Source of the DNA: an uncultured Mycoplasmatota bacterium
Lineage (GTDB): Bacteria; Bacillota_I; Bacilli_A; RF39; UBA660
NCBI GenBank assembly: GCA_900547465.1
Contig: URHJ01000005.1
Location: 1-52,530 of the forward strand
Direction: 5' to 3'
Length of the DNA stretch: 52,530 nt
Positions 8,105-17,200 of the stretch are shown in pieces. Each line of letters opens with the position of its first letter. Position 1 is the stretch's first letter. The position numbers and the translations under genes were made by a program. A model generated the notes under the pieces. That model was not told where the DNA came from and did not search any database. It worked only from the letters and a program-made list of their open reading frames with translations.

Positions 8105-9169
8105 ATGAACTCACCAAATAGAAAAAGACCTACATTAAAAATGTGGGTTAGAGTAAGTTTGACAATTATTATATCACTTGGCATTTTTATTCCAATATTA
8201 GAAATTTACCTAAATTCAATTGAAAAAAAACAATATAACAATAAAAAGATATATAGTTACCAAATAAATCAAAGTGCAGATTACAAAGTTCAATTATTTG
8301 ATAACACATTTACTGACGAACAAGAAATGGCATCAAATAAAATATACATTGCTGATTTAACAAAAAATATAAACTTAAATTTAGGATATACATACTCTGG
8401 AACAAAAAAAGCCCCACTAAAATATACATACGAAATAACTGGAAAATTATACGGTGAGAACCAAGATAGTCAAAATGGAAAAACAAATACAGTCTGGGAA
8501 AAGAAATATCAATTATTAGAAAAAACAGAAAAAGAGGTAAAAAACACTTCTGGATTTGCTGTTACAGAAAATTTAGATATAGACTATCAAAAATATCAAA
8601 ATGAAGTAGCAAACTTCAAAAAGCGATTTGGAATGACTCTAAACACAAAATTAAAGGTTATAATGAATATAAAGGTTAATGGCAAGTATGAAAAAAATAA
8701 CATAGATAGAAATGACAACATTATTTTAGAAATACCATTAGGTACTCAAGCATTCTCAATTACAGAAGATTATGAAAAGACTAAAAGTAAAGATTATTAT
8801 GAGAAAAAACAAAATATAAAAATAGTAAATTCGGCATATACGAAATTATGTATATCCATATCATTAATATCAATTTTATTATTTATATTATCATTTAAAG
8901 CATTATTCAATATAAAACCAAAAAGTTCGTATACAAAAAAAATTAATAAAATACTTAAAAATTATGGGCAAATAATTGTCGAAGTAGAAAACCCAATTAA
9001 AGAAAAAAGCTTTAACGTAGTGAAAGTAAAAGACTTTAATGAAATGCTTGATTTAGAAGAAGAACTAAAATTACCAATCATCTTTTATGAAGATCTGTAT
9101 AACTACAAGGCAGTATTCACAATCACAAAAGAATCAACAATATACAAATGCATAATAAAAAACCAGTAA
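8105..9169 (+). CDS. Two-TM membrane protein with a beta-rich extracytoplasmic domain and a small C-terminal cytoplasmic domain (resembles DUF5305-type SipW-neighbour proteins; unverified)
   Basis: TM1 is VRVSLTIIISLGIFIPILEIY and TM2 is LCISISLISILLFILSFKALF. It is the last gene of the operon, with a 12-nt gap after the peptidase gene. Confidence 0.55.
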   Translation: MNSPNRKRPTLKMWVRVSLTIIISLGIFIPILEIYLNSIEKKQYNNKKIYSYQINQSADYKVQLFDNTFTDEQEMASNKIYIADLTKNINLNLGYTYSGTKKAPLKYTYEITGKLYGENQDSQNGKTNTVWEKKYQLLEKTEKEVKNTSGFAVTENLDIDYQKYQNEVANFKKRFGMTLNTKLKVIMNIKVNGKYEKNNIDRNDNIILEIPLGTQAFSITEDYEKTKSKDYYEKKQNIKIVNSAYTKLCISISLISILLFILSFKALFNIKPKSSYTKKINKILKNYGQIIVEVENPIKEKSFNVVKVKDFNEMLDLEEELKLPIIFYEDLYNYKAVFTITKESTIYKCIIKNQ

Positions 9170-9181
9170 TCTGGTTTTTTT
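9157..9181. terminator. Bidirectional rho-independent terminator between the SipW operon (+) and htrA (-)
   Basis: AAAAAACCAG-taat-CTGGTTTTTTT. The stop codon of the + gene sits in the loop. Confidence 0.75.
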
Positions 9182-9189
9182 ATTATGTA

Positions 9190-10476
9190 TTAATCTTTAC
9201 TTTTAGTTAATGTAACTTTAGTACTATGTTCCTTACCATCTCTAATATAAGTTATATCAATAGTATCACCAGGTTTATTCTTATAAAGTTCATATCTTAA
9301 ATAAGCCGTATTTTCTACTTTTTCTCCATTTAGTTTAGTAATCACATCACCTGATTTCAAATCAGATTTACTAGCACCACTACCATTTGATATTTCTACA
9401 ACAACAACTCCTGACTTAATACTAGAATCAACTTGAATACGATTACGATATAATAAAGATTCATCTGTAACATTAGCCATACTAATACCTAACATAGGCC
9501 ACTCAATACTTTTTCCTTGTTCAAGTTCTTCAACATGTGCCATAGCAATTTCGATAGGAATAGCAAATCCCATACCTTCTATTTCATCTTCAACAAGTTT
9601 CATAGAATTAACACCAATAACCTCACCATTAATATTAACTAAAGGTCCACCACTATTACCAGGATTTATAGCAGCATCAATTTGTAAAACCTTCATAACC
9701 CAATCATTACTACTAGAATTAGAAACATTAACTGAAACCATTCTATCTTTACCAGAAAGTATTCCAGATGTTACAGTACCACGATATTCATATCCCATAG
9801 GAGAACCAACAGTAAACACAGTATCACCTATATTCATATCGTCAGAGTTACCAATCGTAGCAACTTGCAAAACCTTACTCTTATCTATTGTCATAACAGC
9901 AATATCTAAATACTCATCTCCACCAACTATTTTAGCTTCAACTTCTTCATCATTTGATAAAACTAAAACAACTTTATCACAACCAGAAACAACATGTTGA
10001 TTAGTCATAATATATCCATACTTGTCATCAGTTTTATAAACAAAACCAGTACCAGTTGAATACTCTTCTTCCCCCTTATAAGACTCAACCATAACAACAG
10101 AATCATATACTTTACTAATAGATGTACCTAAGCTAGATTTTTCATAAACTTTAGTCTTTTTAGTATTATCAATGATATTACTCGTACCACTTGCATAATT
10201 CAAAATAGGTGTCCACTTCAAAAGAGCAATCATAACAATACCACCCATAACAAATGAGAACATTATCAAAAAACATAATCTAGAATTATTATTTTTTAAT
10301 GTTTTTTTACTTTTAGAAGTATTTACTGTACTCTTTTTCTTTTCCTCTTTTTTCTCTTTTTCTTTAAAAACAGTAGCACTATCATCTACTTTATGTATCA
10401 CTACATCATCTTTTTTTGCATTTCCAGATGAAACATGTTCACTTAATTTTTCTACTTTTTTATCTTTTTCATTCAT
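9190..10476 (-). CDS. htrA: HtrA/DegP-family membrane-anchored serine protease with C-terminal PDZ domain
   Basis: Catalytic triad contexts TNQHVV, YLDIAVM and GNSGGPLVN. N-terminal Lys/Glu-rich tail plus TM LCFLIMFSFVMGGIVMIALL. PDZ-like region SGDVITKLNGEKV. Confidence 0.9.
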   Translation of the reverse strand: MNEKDKKVEKLSEHVSSGNAKKDDVVIHKVDDSATVFKEKEKKEEKKKSTVNTSKSKKTLKNNNSRLCFLIMFSFVMGGIVMIALLKWTPILNYASGTSNIIDNTKKTKVYEKSSLGTSISKVYDSVVMVESYKGEEEYSTGTGFVYKTDDKYGYIMTNQHVVSGCDKVVLVLSNDEEVEAKIVGGDEYLDIAVMTIDKSKVLQVATIGNSDDMNIGDTVFTVGSPMGYEYRGTVTSGILSGKDRMVSVNVSNSSSNDWVMKVLQIDAAINPGNSGGPLVNINGEVIGVNSMKLVEDEIEGMGFAIPIEIAMAHVEELEQGKSIEWPMLGISMANVTDESLLYRNRIQVDSSIKSGVVVVEISNGSGASKSDLKSGDVITKLNGEKVENTAYLRYELYKNKPGDTIDITYIRDGKEHSTKVTLTKSKD

Positions 10477-11422
10477 TTTCTACAACACTCCTTTCAATAT
10501 TAGCTAAATCTTTCCAGTTAGATGGAAATCCCATTTTATTTAAAACATCATCAACTCTAATAGTTTTCAAATTATAATCTAACGTTCTAAAAGCATTCTC
10601 AATTTCAATTGTCATACTCTTAAATTTGTCAGCATCTAATAACTGCTTCATAATAATAATCAAAGCAAAAGGATCATTCTTTCCAGAAACATATTCACCA
10701 TCAACTTTTTCAATTCCTAAAACCTTATGATAAATAGTATCCCCTATTACCTTTTGTGTTTTATAATCATACACAATTTCTTCATGAGCACATAAATTTC
10801 TGTAGTTAGCAAGAATAGGTAAATATGTGCTAAAGGTTTCAACATCAACTCCATAAATATTACTAATAGCCAGCTGATCATCCTGCTTCAAGATAGAATA
10901 CATCTCACTAACAATTCCAAATGACAAAACTTTTACTAAAATCCATAAAGGAATATAACCATAATTACATGCATAATGTTGAGTAGCACTATGTTGATCA
11001 CCATTAACCCTGATCTGTCTTTTCATCTTTTTTAAAAGATCATTGACTTGTCTTTGTTTCTCCGGTCGTCTAGTAAAATTTTTAGCTTTCAAGTAATCTC
11101 TTTCTTTATAACCATATTTTTTAGACAATTGATAAGATGTGATAGATTTAAAGTTATTTTCAATTATAAGTAAATTCTTAAAACAAATATTTCTAAAAGT
11201 ACGATCAAATAAAAATAAACTATACAATTCTTCAAATGTTGCTCCATCTTTATAGACTCTTTCATTAGAAGACTTCATAAGCATATGTCTATATCCATTC
11301 AAAAAGAAATAATTTTCACGAAGTAATATACTTTTAGCATAATCTTCATTATGAATAATTAAATGCTTATTCTTTAATATTTCTACTTGTTCATCAAGAG
11401 TTTTGAATTGTTTCTCTATCAT
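10469..11422 (-). CDS. Abi_2 family (AbiD/AbiF-like) abortive-infection-type protein with HEPN Rx4H motif
   Basis: N-terminus FKTLDEQVEILKNKHLII.NEDYAKSILLRENYFFLNGYRHML is typical of Abi_2. YRNLCAHEE supplies the HEPN R-x4-H motif. ATG 11422 has AGGTGA 5 nt upstream, and the track start at 11431 is a GTG. The stop overlaps the htrA start by 8 nt (ATGAATGA). Confidence 0.75.
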   Translation of the reverse strand: MIEKQFKTLDEQVEILKNKHLIIHNEDYAKSILLRENYFFLNGYRHMLMKSSNERVYKDGATFEELYSLFLFDRTFRNICFKNLLIIENNFKSITSYQLSKKYGYKERDYLKAKNFTRRPEKQRQVNDLLKKMKRQIRVNGDQHSATQHYACNYGYIPLWILVKVLSFGIVSEMYSILKQDDQLAISNIYGVDVETFSTYLPILANYRNLCAHEEIVYDYKTQKVIGDTIYHKVLGIEKVDGEYVSGKNDPFALIIIMKQLLDADKFKSMTIEIENAFRTLDYNLKTIRVDDVLNKMGFPSNWKDLANIERSVVENE

Positions 11423-11440
11423 AATTCTCACCTACTATAA

Positions 11441-11469
11441 ATTATACCATAGAAATATAAGAATAAATA
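11441..11469 (-). promoter_or_regulatory. Extended -10 promoter (TGgTATAAT) for the Abi_2-htrA operon
   Basis: Reverse complement of 11441-11449 reads TGGTATAAT. The predicted TSS lies about 10 nt upstream of the SD of ATG 11422. Confidence 0.5.
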
Positions 11470-11498
11470 TGAAAATTTAATGAATTTTATGCTATACT
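11470..11498 (+). promoter_or_regulatory. Extended -10 promoter (TGcTATACT) for the 11527 gene
   Basis: TGCTATACT at 11490-11498, with a weak -35 (TGAAAA) 17 nt upstream. Confidence 0.45.
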
Positions 11499-11526
11499 AA
11501 AACTAAAAGAAGGAAGGAATTATCAT

Positions 11527-12492
11527 ATGCCCGCAACTATAACTCATGCCTACTTTGCAGAAGATTTATTTAATCTATTAGATAAAAATACAAAAAATAA
11601 AATAAAAGAGAACAAAAAAAAATTAATGATGTTTTCACAAAGTACAGATCCATTAATGTTTTACATAATATCACCAACCAATGGAAAAAAAATAAGAAAT
11701 TTACAACATATTGCACACACAGAAAAAACAAATGATTTTTTCAAAAACACAATCACTTTTATTAAAGATAATAAATACTATGAGAAACCAGATGTTTTAG
11801 CCTTTTTATATGGATTTATCTGTCATTTCGTGCTAGATAGTAATGTACACCCTTTTATTTTTTACAAAACGGGAGAATTTATAAAAGATGATAGCAAAAC
11901 ATATAAGTACAATGGATTACATCACAATATGGAAAGTTACCTAGACAACTATATGCTAAAGAAACATAATATTACTAAAATAAATCTCAAAAAATTCTGT
12001 TTTTCATTAAAACCATTTACTAAAGAATTAAATAAAGTAATATCATATTCTTTTCTAAAAACATACAATATAAACAATATGGACAAAATTTACTTGAACT
12101 CATTAAAACAAATGAATTTCTTTGTAACAGCTTTTAGATTAGATCCGCACAAATATAAAAGTCATATATATAGATTCATTGATAAATTTACACCACCTAA
12201 AACCTTTAAATTAGAAGCAATATCATATAACATAGTAGATAAAAAAATAGATTATTTAAATAATAATCACAAAGAATGGAACTATCCAATAGATAAAAAA
12301 TTTAAAAGCCATAAAAGTTTTGAAGAATTATATCAAGATTCTCTGATTGAAGCTAAAAACATAATTGAAAAAGTTAATAACTATTTTTTTAAAAATCAAA
12401 ATCTAGAAATAGATTCACTTTTTCACAATAGAAACTACTTAACAGGTGTCGATTGCAAAATTAAAAAGAAACAAAAATATTTCGAATTTTAG
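11527..12492 (+). CDS. Zinc-dependent phospholipase C-like family protein (no signal peptide)
   Basis: MPATITHAYFAEDLF..., GFICHFVLDSNVHPFIF and NGLHHNMESYLD form the His/Asp-rich pattern of the Zn_dep_PLPC-like family. AAGGAAGGA SD. Confidence 0.55.
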   Translation: MPATITHAYFAEDLFNLLDKNTKNKIKENKKKLMMFSQSTDPLMFYIISPTNGKKIRNLQHIAHTEKTNDFFKNTITFIKDNKYYEKPDVLAFLYGFICHFVLDSNVHPFIFYKTGEFIKDDSKTYKYNGLHHNMESYLDNYMLKKHNITKINLKKFCFSLKPFTKELNKVISYSFLKTYNINNMDKIYLNSLKQMNFFVTAFRLDPHKYKSHIYRFIDKFTPPKTFKLEAISYNIVDKKIDYLNNNHKEWNYPIDKKFKSHKSFEELYQDSLIEAKNIIEKVNNYFFKNQNLEIDSLFHNRNYLTGVDCKIKKKQKYFEF

Positions 12493-12536
12493 TATAAAAA
12501 AAACAATACTATTCATACTAATATCAGGTGAAATAT

Positions 12537-13592
12537 ATGATATATAGATATGAAATAAAGAACAATGGAGCAGAAGATATACTTTATTTGTATGTCACTA
12601 TGACATATGAATTTTCTAAAGAATTAGAAGATAATAAAACAGAAAAAGTTAAATCAACCTGTAAAAAATTTATGAAAAATAATAGTATCGATTTCAAAGG
12701 AGACAAAATCTATCTAGTTATTGATGGAATAATAGTAAAGACACTTAATATTAATGAAGAGAATGATACAAAAGAAAATGAAAAATCAACAATTGATTTA
12801 TCAAACGATAATTTCTATGTCAATCTACACTATCCAAATAATAATACAGTAAAAATGACATTGAAAAATTATCTTTTAGGTGTTTTAGCAACTAATACAA
12901 TGGAAAACTTAGAATTAACTACCACAAAAGCACTTTGCTTACTCTATAGAACTTATGCATATAAACAAATGAAAGAAAAAAATTATATTGAAGCAATAAA
13001 TCCATATCAAATTTATAAACCTTTTTCCTACTACAAAGTATTTTGGAATGAAAAATACAACGATTATCATAATAAGTTTGTAAAAGCTATAGAAGATACT
13101 GATAAAGAATTTGTAACATATAATAATAAGTATATAAACCCATACATACACATCAGTAATAATGGATATACAGATAATAATAAAAATATCCCATATTTAG
13201 AAAAAAGACCAAGTCTCTGGGATTATGCATCTCCTTATTATTTAGAAATCAAAGACTTTACAAATCAAGAAATGAAAAATATATTCAATATTGACAAAGA
13301 TAATTTAAAAAACATAAATATATTAAAAGTAAGTGAATCAAACTATATCAGAAAAATAAAAATAGGAAACAATGAGTATACAGGAGAAATGCTTAAACAA
13401 AAACTAAATCTAAAGTCAACAGATATAACAATTATAATAAATCCAACCTACATTAGATTCATAACTAAAGGTTGGGGAAATAACTTAGGTATTAGTCAAT
13501 TTGGAGCAAATGAAATAGCTAAAGCAGGTTGTTCTTATACAAGCATTTTGAAATATTATTTTCCAAAAATATCAATAAAAAAATACCTATAA
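12537..13592 (+). CDS. SpoIID/LytB-domain protein (divergent)
   Basis: LKNYLLGVLATNTMENLELTTTKALCLLYRTYA aligns with the SpoIID core (Y..GVvaaEMP....ealKAqa.aaRTy). C-terminal GWGNNLGISQFGANEIAKAGCSYTSILKYYFP matches GHGvGmSQyGA..mA..G..y..IL..YYp. ATG 12537 has AGGTGA 5 nt upstream, and the track start at 12528 is a GTG. Confidence 0.75.
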   Translation: MIYRYEIKNNGAEDILYLYVTMTYEFSKELEDNKTEKVKSTCKKFMKNNSIDFKGDKIYLVIDGIIVKTLNINEENDTKENEKSTIDLSNDNFYVNLHYPNNNTVKMTLKNYLLGVLATNTMENLELTTTKALCLLYRTYAYKQMKEKNYIEAINPYQIYKPFSYYKVFWNEKYNDYHNKFVKAIEDTDKEFVTYNNKYINPYIHISNNGYTDNNKNIPYLEKRPSLWDYASPYYLEIKDFTNQEMKNIFNIDKDNLKNINILKVSESNYIRKIKIGNNEYTGEMLKQKLNLKSTDITIIINPTYIRFITKGWGNNLGISQFGANEIAKAGCSYTSILKYYFPKISIKKYL

Positions 13593-13618
13593 AAATAGAG
13601 CCAATTAAAGCTCTATTT
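13593..13618. terminator. Bidirectional hairpin between the SpoIID-like gene (+) and the T7SS-like operon (-)
   Basis: AAATAGAGC-caattaaa-GCTCTATTT flanked by A and T runs. It overlaps the last codons of the 13613 ORF. Confidence 0.6.
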
Positions 13619-13837
13619 ATTTTTTTCAATCATAACTTTTAAAGCAGAATCAGAATCTTGATATAATTTAACACTTGTTTCTAGAAACTTAGAATAATTA
13701 TCTAAACTATCACAAAATTCAGTAACCTGATCAATATTAGGATGATACTTATCAATGATTTTTCTTATGATCTGAGATGATTTAGCTAAAGATTTATATG
13801 CTTGTTCCATTTCTTCATATGTCATTTCTCCAATCAT
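13613..13837 (-). CDS. Small (74 aa) helical-hairpin protein, candidate T7SS-associated substrate or chaperone
   Basis: Predicted helix-turn (YHPNID)-helix. C-terminal LYQDSD fits a YxxxD/E motif. ATGA overlap with the upstream 61-aa ORF, with AGAGGT SD. Confidence 0.55.
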   Translation of the reverse strand: MIGEMTYEEMEQAYKSLAKSSQIIRKIIDKYHPNIDQVTEFCDSLDNYSKFLETSVKLYQDSDSALKVMIEKNK

Positions 13838-14019
13838 TTTTCTACCTCTTTCTTATCCTTCTTTTCCAAATAATTAGCTCCTCTAATAACAACATTTTTA
13901 AACTCGTTGATTTCCTCAATAGAACTTAAATTATCATTATTAGTCCAACTATTTTTTAATTTTTCAAGTAAGGAAAAGATATTATTTACCTCTGTAACAT
14001 ATTTTTCATAATCATTCAT
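13834..14019 (-). CDS. Small (61 aa) helical-hairpin protein, candidate T7SS-associated substrate or chaperone
   Basis: Helix, then turn NSWTNND, then helix. A strong GGAGG SD overlaps the esaB stop. It is not a canonical WXG100 protein, being too short and lacking W-x-G. Confidence 0.55.
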   Translation of the reverse strand: MNDYEKYVTEVNNIFSLLEKLKNSWTNNDNLSSIEEINEFKNVVIRGANYLEKKDKKEVEK

Positions 14020-14029
14020 AAAATACCTC

Positions 14030-14287
14030 CTAAAGCAATATCAATCGTGAACCATTTTTTAAATCAGAATCAATTATTCTCATATTAACATCATAAATTT
14101 GTCCTGTTTCTTTACTATACAGATTAACTTCATCAGAAGTAACATAATCATGATCAGTCAAGTCAATAATTCCTTTTTCAATTAAATTCTTAATAGTACC
14201 AATATGTTTAGAAACAGGTACAAAAACATCATATGATTTTTCTATACTAGGGATGGAAATCTCTAATAATATTTTGTTATTTTCCAC
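14030..14287 (-). CDS. esaB: EsaB/YukD-family ubiquitin-like T7SS protein
   Basis: 85 aa. LEISIPSIEKSYDVFVPVSKHIGTIKNLI...DSDLKNGSRLILL matches the YukD pattern. GTG start with AGGTGA 4 nt upstream. Lies immediately downstream of essC. Confidence 0.8.
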   Translation of the reverse strand: MENNKILLEISIPSIEKSYDVFVPVSKHIGTIKNLIEKGIIDLTDHDYVTSDEVNLYSKETGQIYDVNMRIIDSDLKNGSRLILL

Positions 14288-14295
14288 AAAATCAC

Positions 14296-17200
14296 CTACT
14301 TAACAACTAATTTTACCAAACTTGCTTTTCCCTTATGAACAACATATCCAAAGTTTTCAGGAATCTCTTCACGTAGTTCTCTAGGAGTAGTCAATAATTT
14401 AATAGCATATTGATCAGTAATTCCATTACCAAGCCATAATCCCTCAGATGTATCAACAGCATTTTTATACCAATCATCATAAGCAAAAGATTTTAATCCA
14501 TCAGCAGAATCTACAATTATAAAATTATCAACTTCAAGTTCTCTAGAATGCATCAAAGCATCACAGAAATCTGTTTTATTATCTGAACTAATTCTAGAAA
14601 AGAAAGTAGAAATTCCAAATATAACATAAGTATTTCTCTTATTATTTTTTAATGCATTATTATCAAAATTGTTTTTGTCATATATTTCTTTCTGTTCTTT
14701 ATATCTTTTGCCAACAACTTGAGCAATAGAATCAAAATTACTATTTATATAGTTTTCTGACACATCAGTAGAATTAAACATCTTAGCTGCATCAATCACC
14801 ACAATTTTTTGATAAGGAATCTTTTTTAATAACTTTACAAAGGTTCTAAAGAAGTTTCTTTCTGCGTAATAATCCAAAGACGAAATAATTGATACAGGGT
14901 TATTTTTAAAGTCCATAGTAGCAATCTCTAAATTATTTTTATTAATACCAACAGGTACAGATGAAAGCTTACCTATAGCTTCTTCAACAGATGAAATAGT
15001 AACAACTTCAGGTAAAACTGGAACTTTTGGAGCACTGCCACTACATATATTTTTAAGTCTACTACAAATGACCTTTATATATTCAGACATCTGTGCTTCA
15101 AAATAGGGATAAGCTGTTTGAAATTCATAAACACCATCTTTTTCAATAAGTCCACGTCCAACTGCTCTAGATGGATATTTACGATTTCTAGATTGAATAA
15201 CATCAGTATAATCAGAATAATCATTAAGTTGTAAGACAAGATTTGATTTAAAGTTCTGTCTTACACGATAACGTATTGCATTAGTACTACTAGTAGATAA
15301 AATAAAGACAACTCCGTACTTTGCACCTTCTCTAGTATACTGTAAAATTAAATCTTCATAATCATCATACGTATCAATAAAAGCCTCATAATTATTAATA
15401 ACAATAGTAACTAAAGGTATCTTTTTATTACTATGTCCTAAATAAAATAAATAAGAACCATTATAATCAGCAAACAATTTTTTTCTTTCTTCTATTATTT
15501 CGTCAATCATTTTAAATAAATTTTCAATTTTTTCGGAATCATTAGAAGTTAACACACCACCAACTTGGGGTGCTTTTTCAAACATCTTTAAAGTCTCAGC
15601 TCCAAAGTCCAAAATATAGTAATTTATTTCATCCGGATTATAATTTGTAATAGATGAATATATAATACTAGAAAGCAATAATTCTTTACCACTACCAGTA
15701 GAACCATAAATTATAGTATTACCATCAACAGTAAGATTTAAAGTTAAAATATCTTGTCTCTGATTATCAGGATCATCATATTCACCAATAACTAAATTCA
15801 CTTGATTTGGTTGACTAACAAAATTGTATTTTCTTTTTAAATCTTCTACATATATAACATCTGGAATTCTATCTAACCATAATTTTGGAATTGCAATACC
15901 TTCATCTTTTGCAGTTTTAATAATATATTTAATAATATTAGGTAATTCTTCTCCTTGTGATTGCACCTGAACAAAATTATTAGAAGAGTCAAAGGACTTA
16001 ATAACACTACCAACATTATCAATAAAATCTACTGCAGTATCTACTTTTTTCTTTCTTTTTTCAGTTGGATAGTATTGCGCACCAGTCCAAGCAGATTGTC
16101 CTAAAGCAAATAATTCATTGTAACCAACCTGTAAATAAAATCTACCCGGATTTTTTAAAGCAGCTGCATCAGGTCTTTTAATCATATCCATACTATCAGA
16201 TCTATCTTGAACTTTTAGACAAATCTTAAACTTAGAGTTAGACCAAATCTGATCATCAACAACTCCACTTGGTTTTTGTGTAGCTAAAATCAAATGAACA
16301 CCCAAGCTACGTCCAATACGAGCCGTTGAAATAAGTTGATCCATAAACTCAGGTTGTTGATCTTTAAGCTCAGCAAACTCATCAGAAATAATAAACAAAT
16401 GTGGAATTGGTTCATTTACTTTTCCTTCACGATAAAGTCTTTGATATTTATAGATATCTATAGTGCTTTCATTCAAATTATCACGAGCAATATTAAATTT
16501 TCTTTGTCTATTTTTCAATTCACTTTGAATAGAAGCTAAAGCCCTACTCATTTCAATAGTATCAAGGTTTGTAATAGAACCAGCTAAATGAGGTAGTTTA
16601 ACACCAGTATTTTTATTTTCAAATGCACCAGCAAGTCCTCCACCTTTATAATCTATCAATACAAATGATACTTCGTAAGGACTAAAATTAACAGCCATTG
16701 AAAGTATATATGAAATAATAAGTTCAGATTTTCCAGAACCAGTCATACCAGCTACTAAACCATGAGGTCCATAAAATTTTTCATGCAAGTCAAGTTTAAA
16801 TTGATCACCATTTTTATCAAGACCAATTGGAACTTGTAAAGTCTTCGTAGGATCATTATTTTTCCATCTATTTAAAATATTTAATTGTTCAATCATACCT
16901 ATATTATACATTTCCAAGAAAGTAACTGTAGAAGGTATATTTTTTTCTTCTTGTTCCATTTCTATAGGAATATTAGCAAGCATTTTAGCACAAGAATAAA
17001 TATTAAGATTAGGTAAAACATCAGCTACAAACTCTTTCTGTTTATTAGAAACAAGTTCGTTTTCAAAAACACCAGATTTTTGATCACCAATACTAATAAA
17101 TGTACTACATTCATTAGGCAAATTAGTAATTCTTGGAGAAACAATAATTAAACTAAAACCTAAATTAACTTCTTGTGCAGCAACATCTTTAATAATATCT

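Noticed and set aside
13613-14019. Calling the two small proteins EsxA/EsxB (WXG100).
   Set aside because: They are 61 and 74 aa rather than about 100 aa, and neither has a W-x-G turn. They are reported as candidate non-canonical substrates only.
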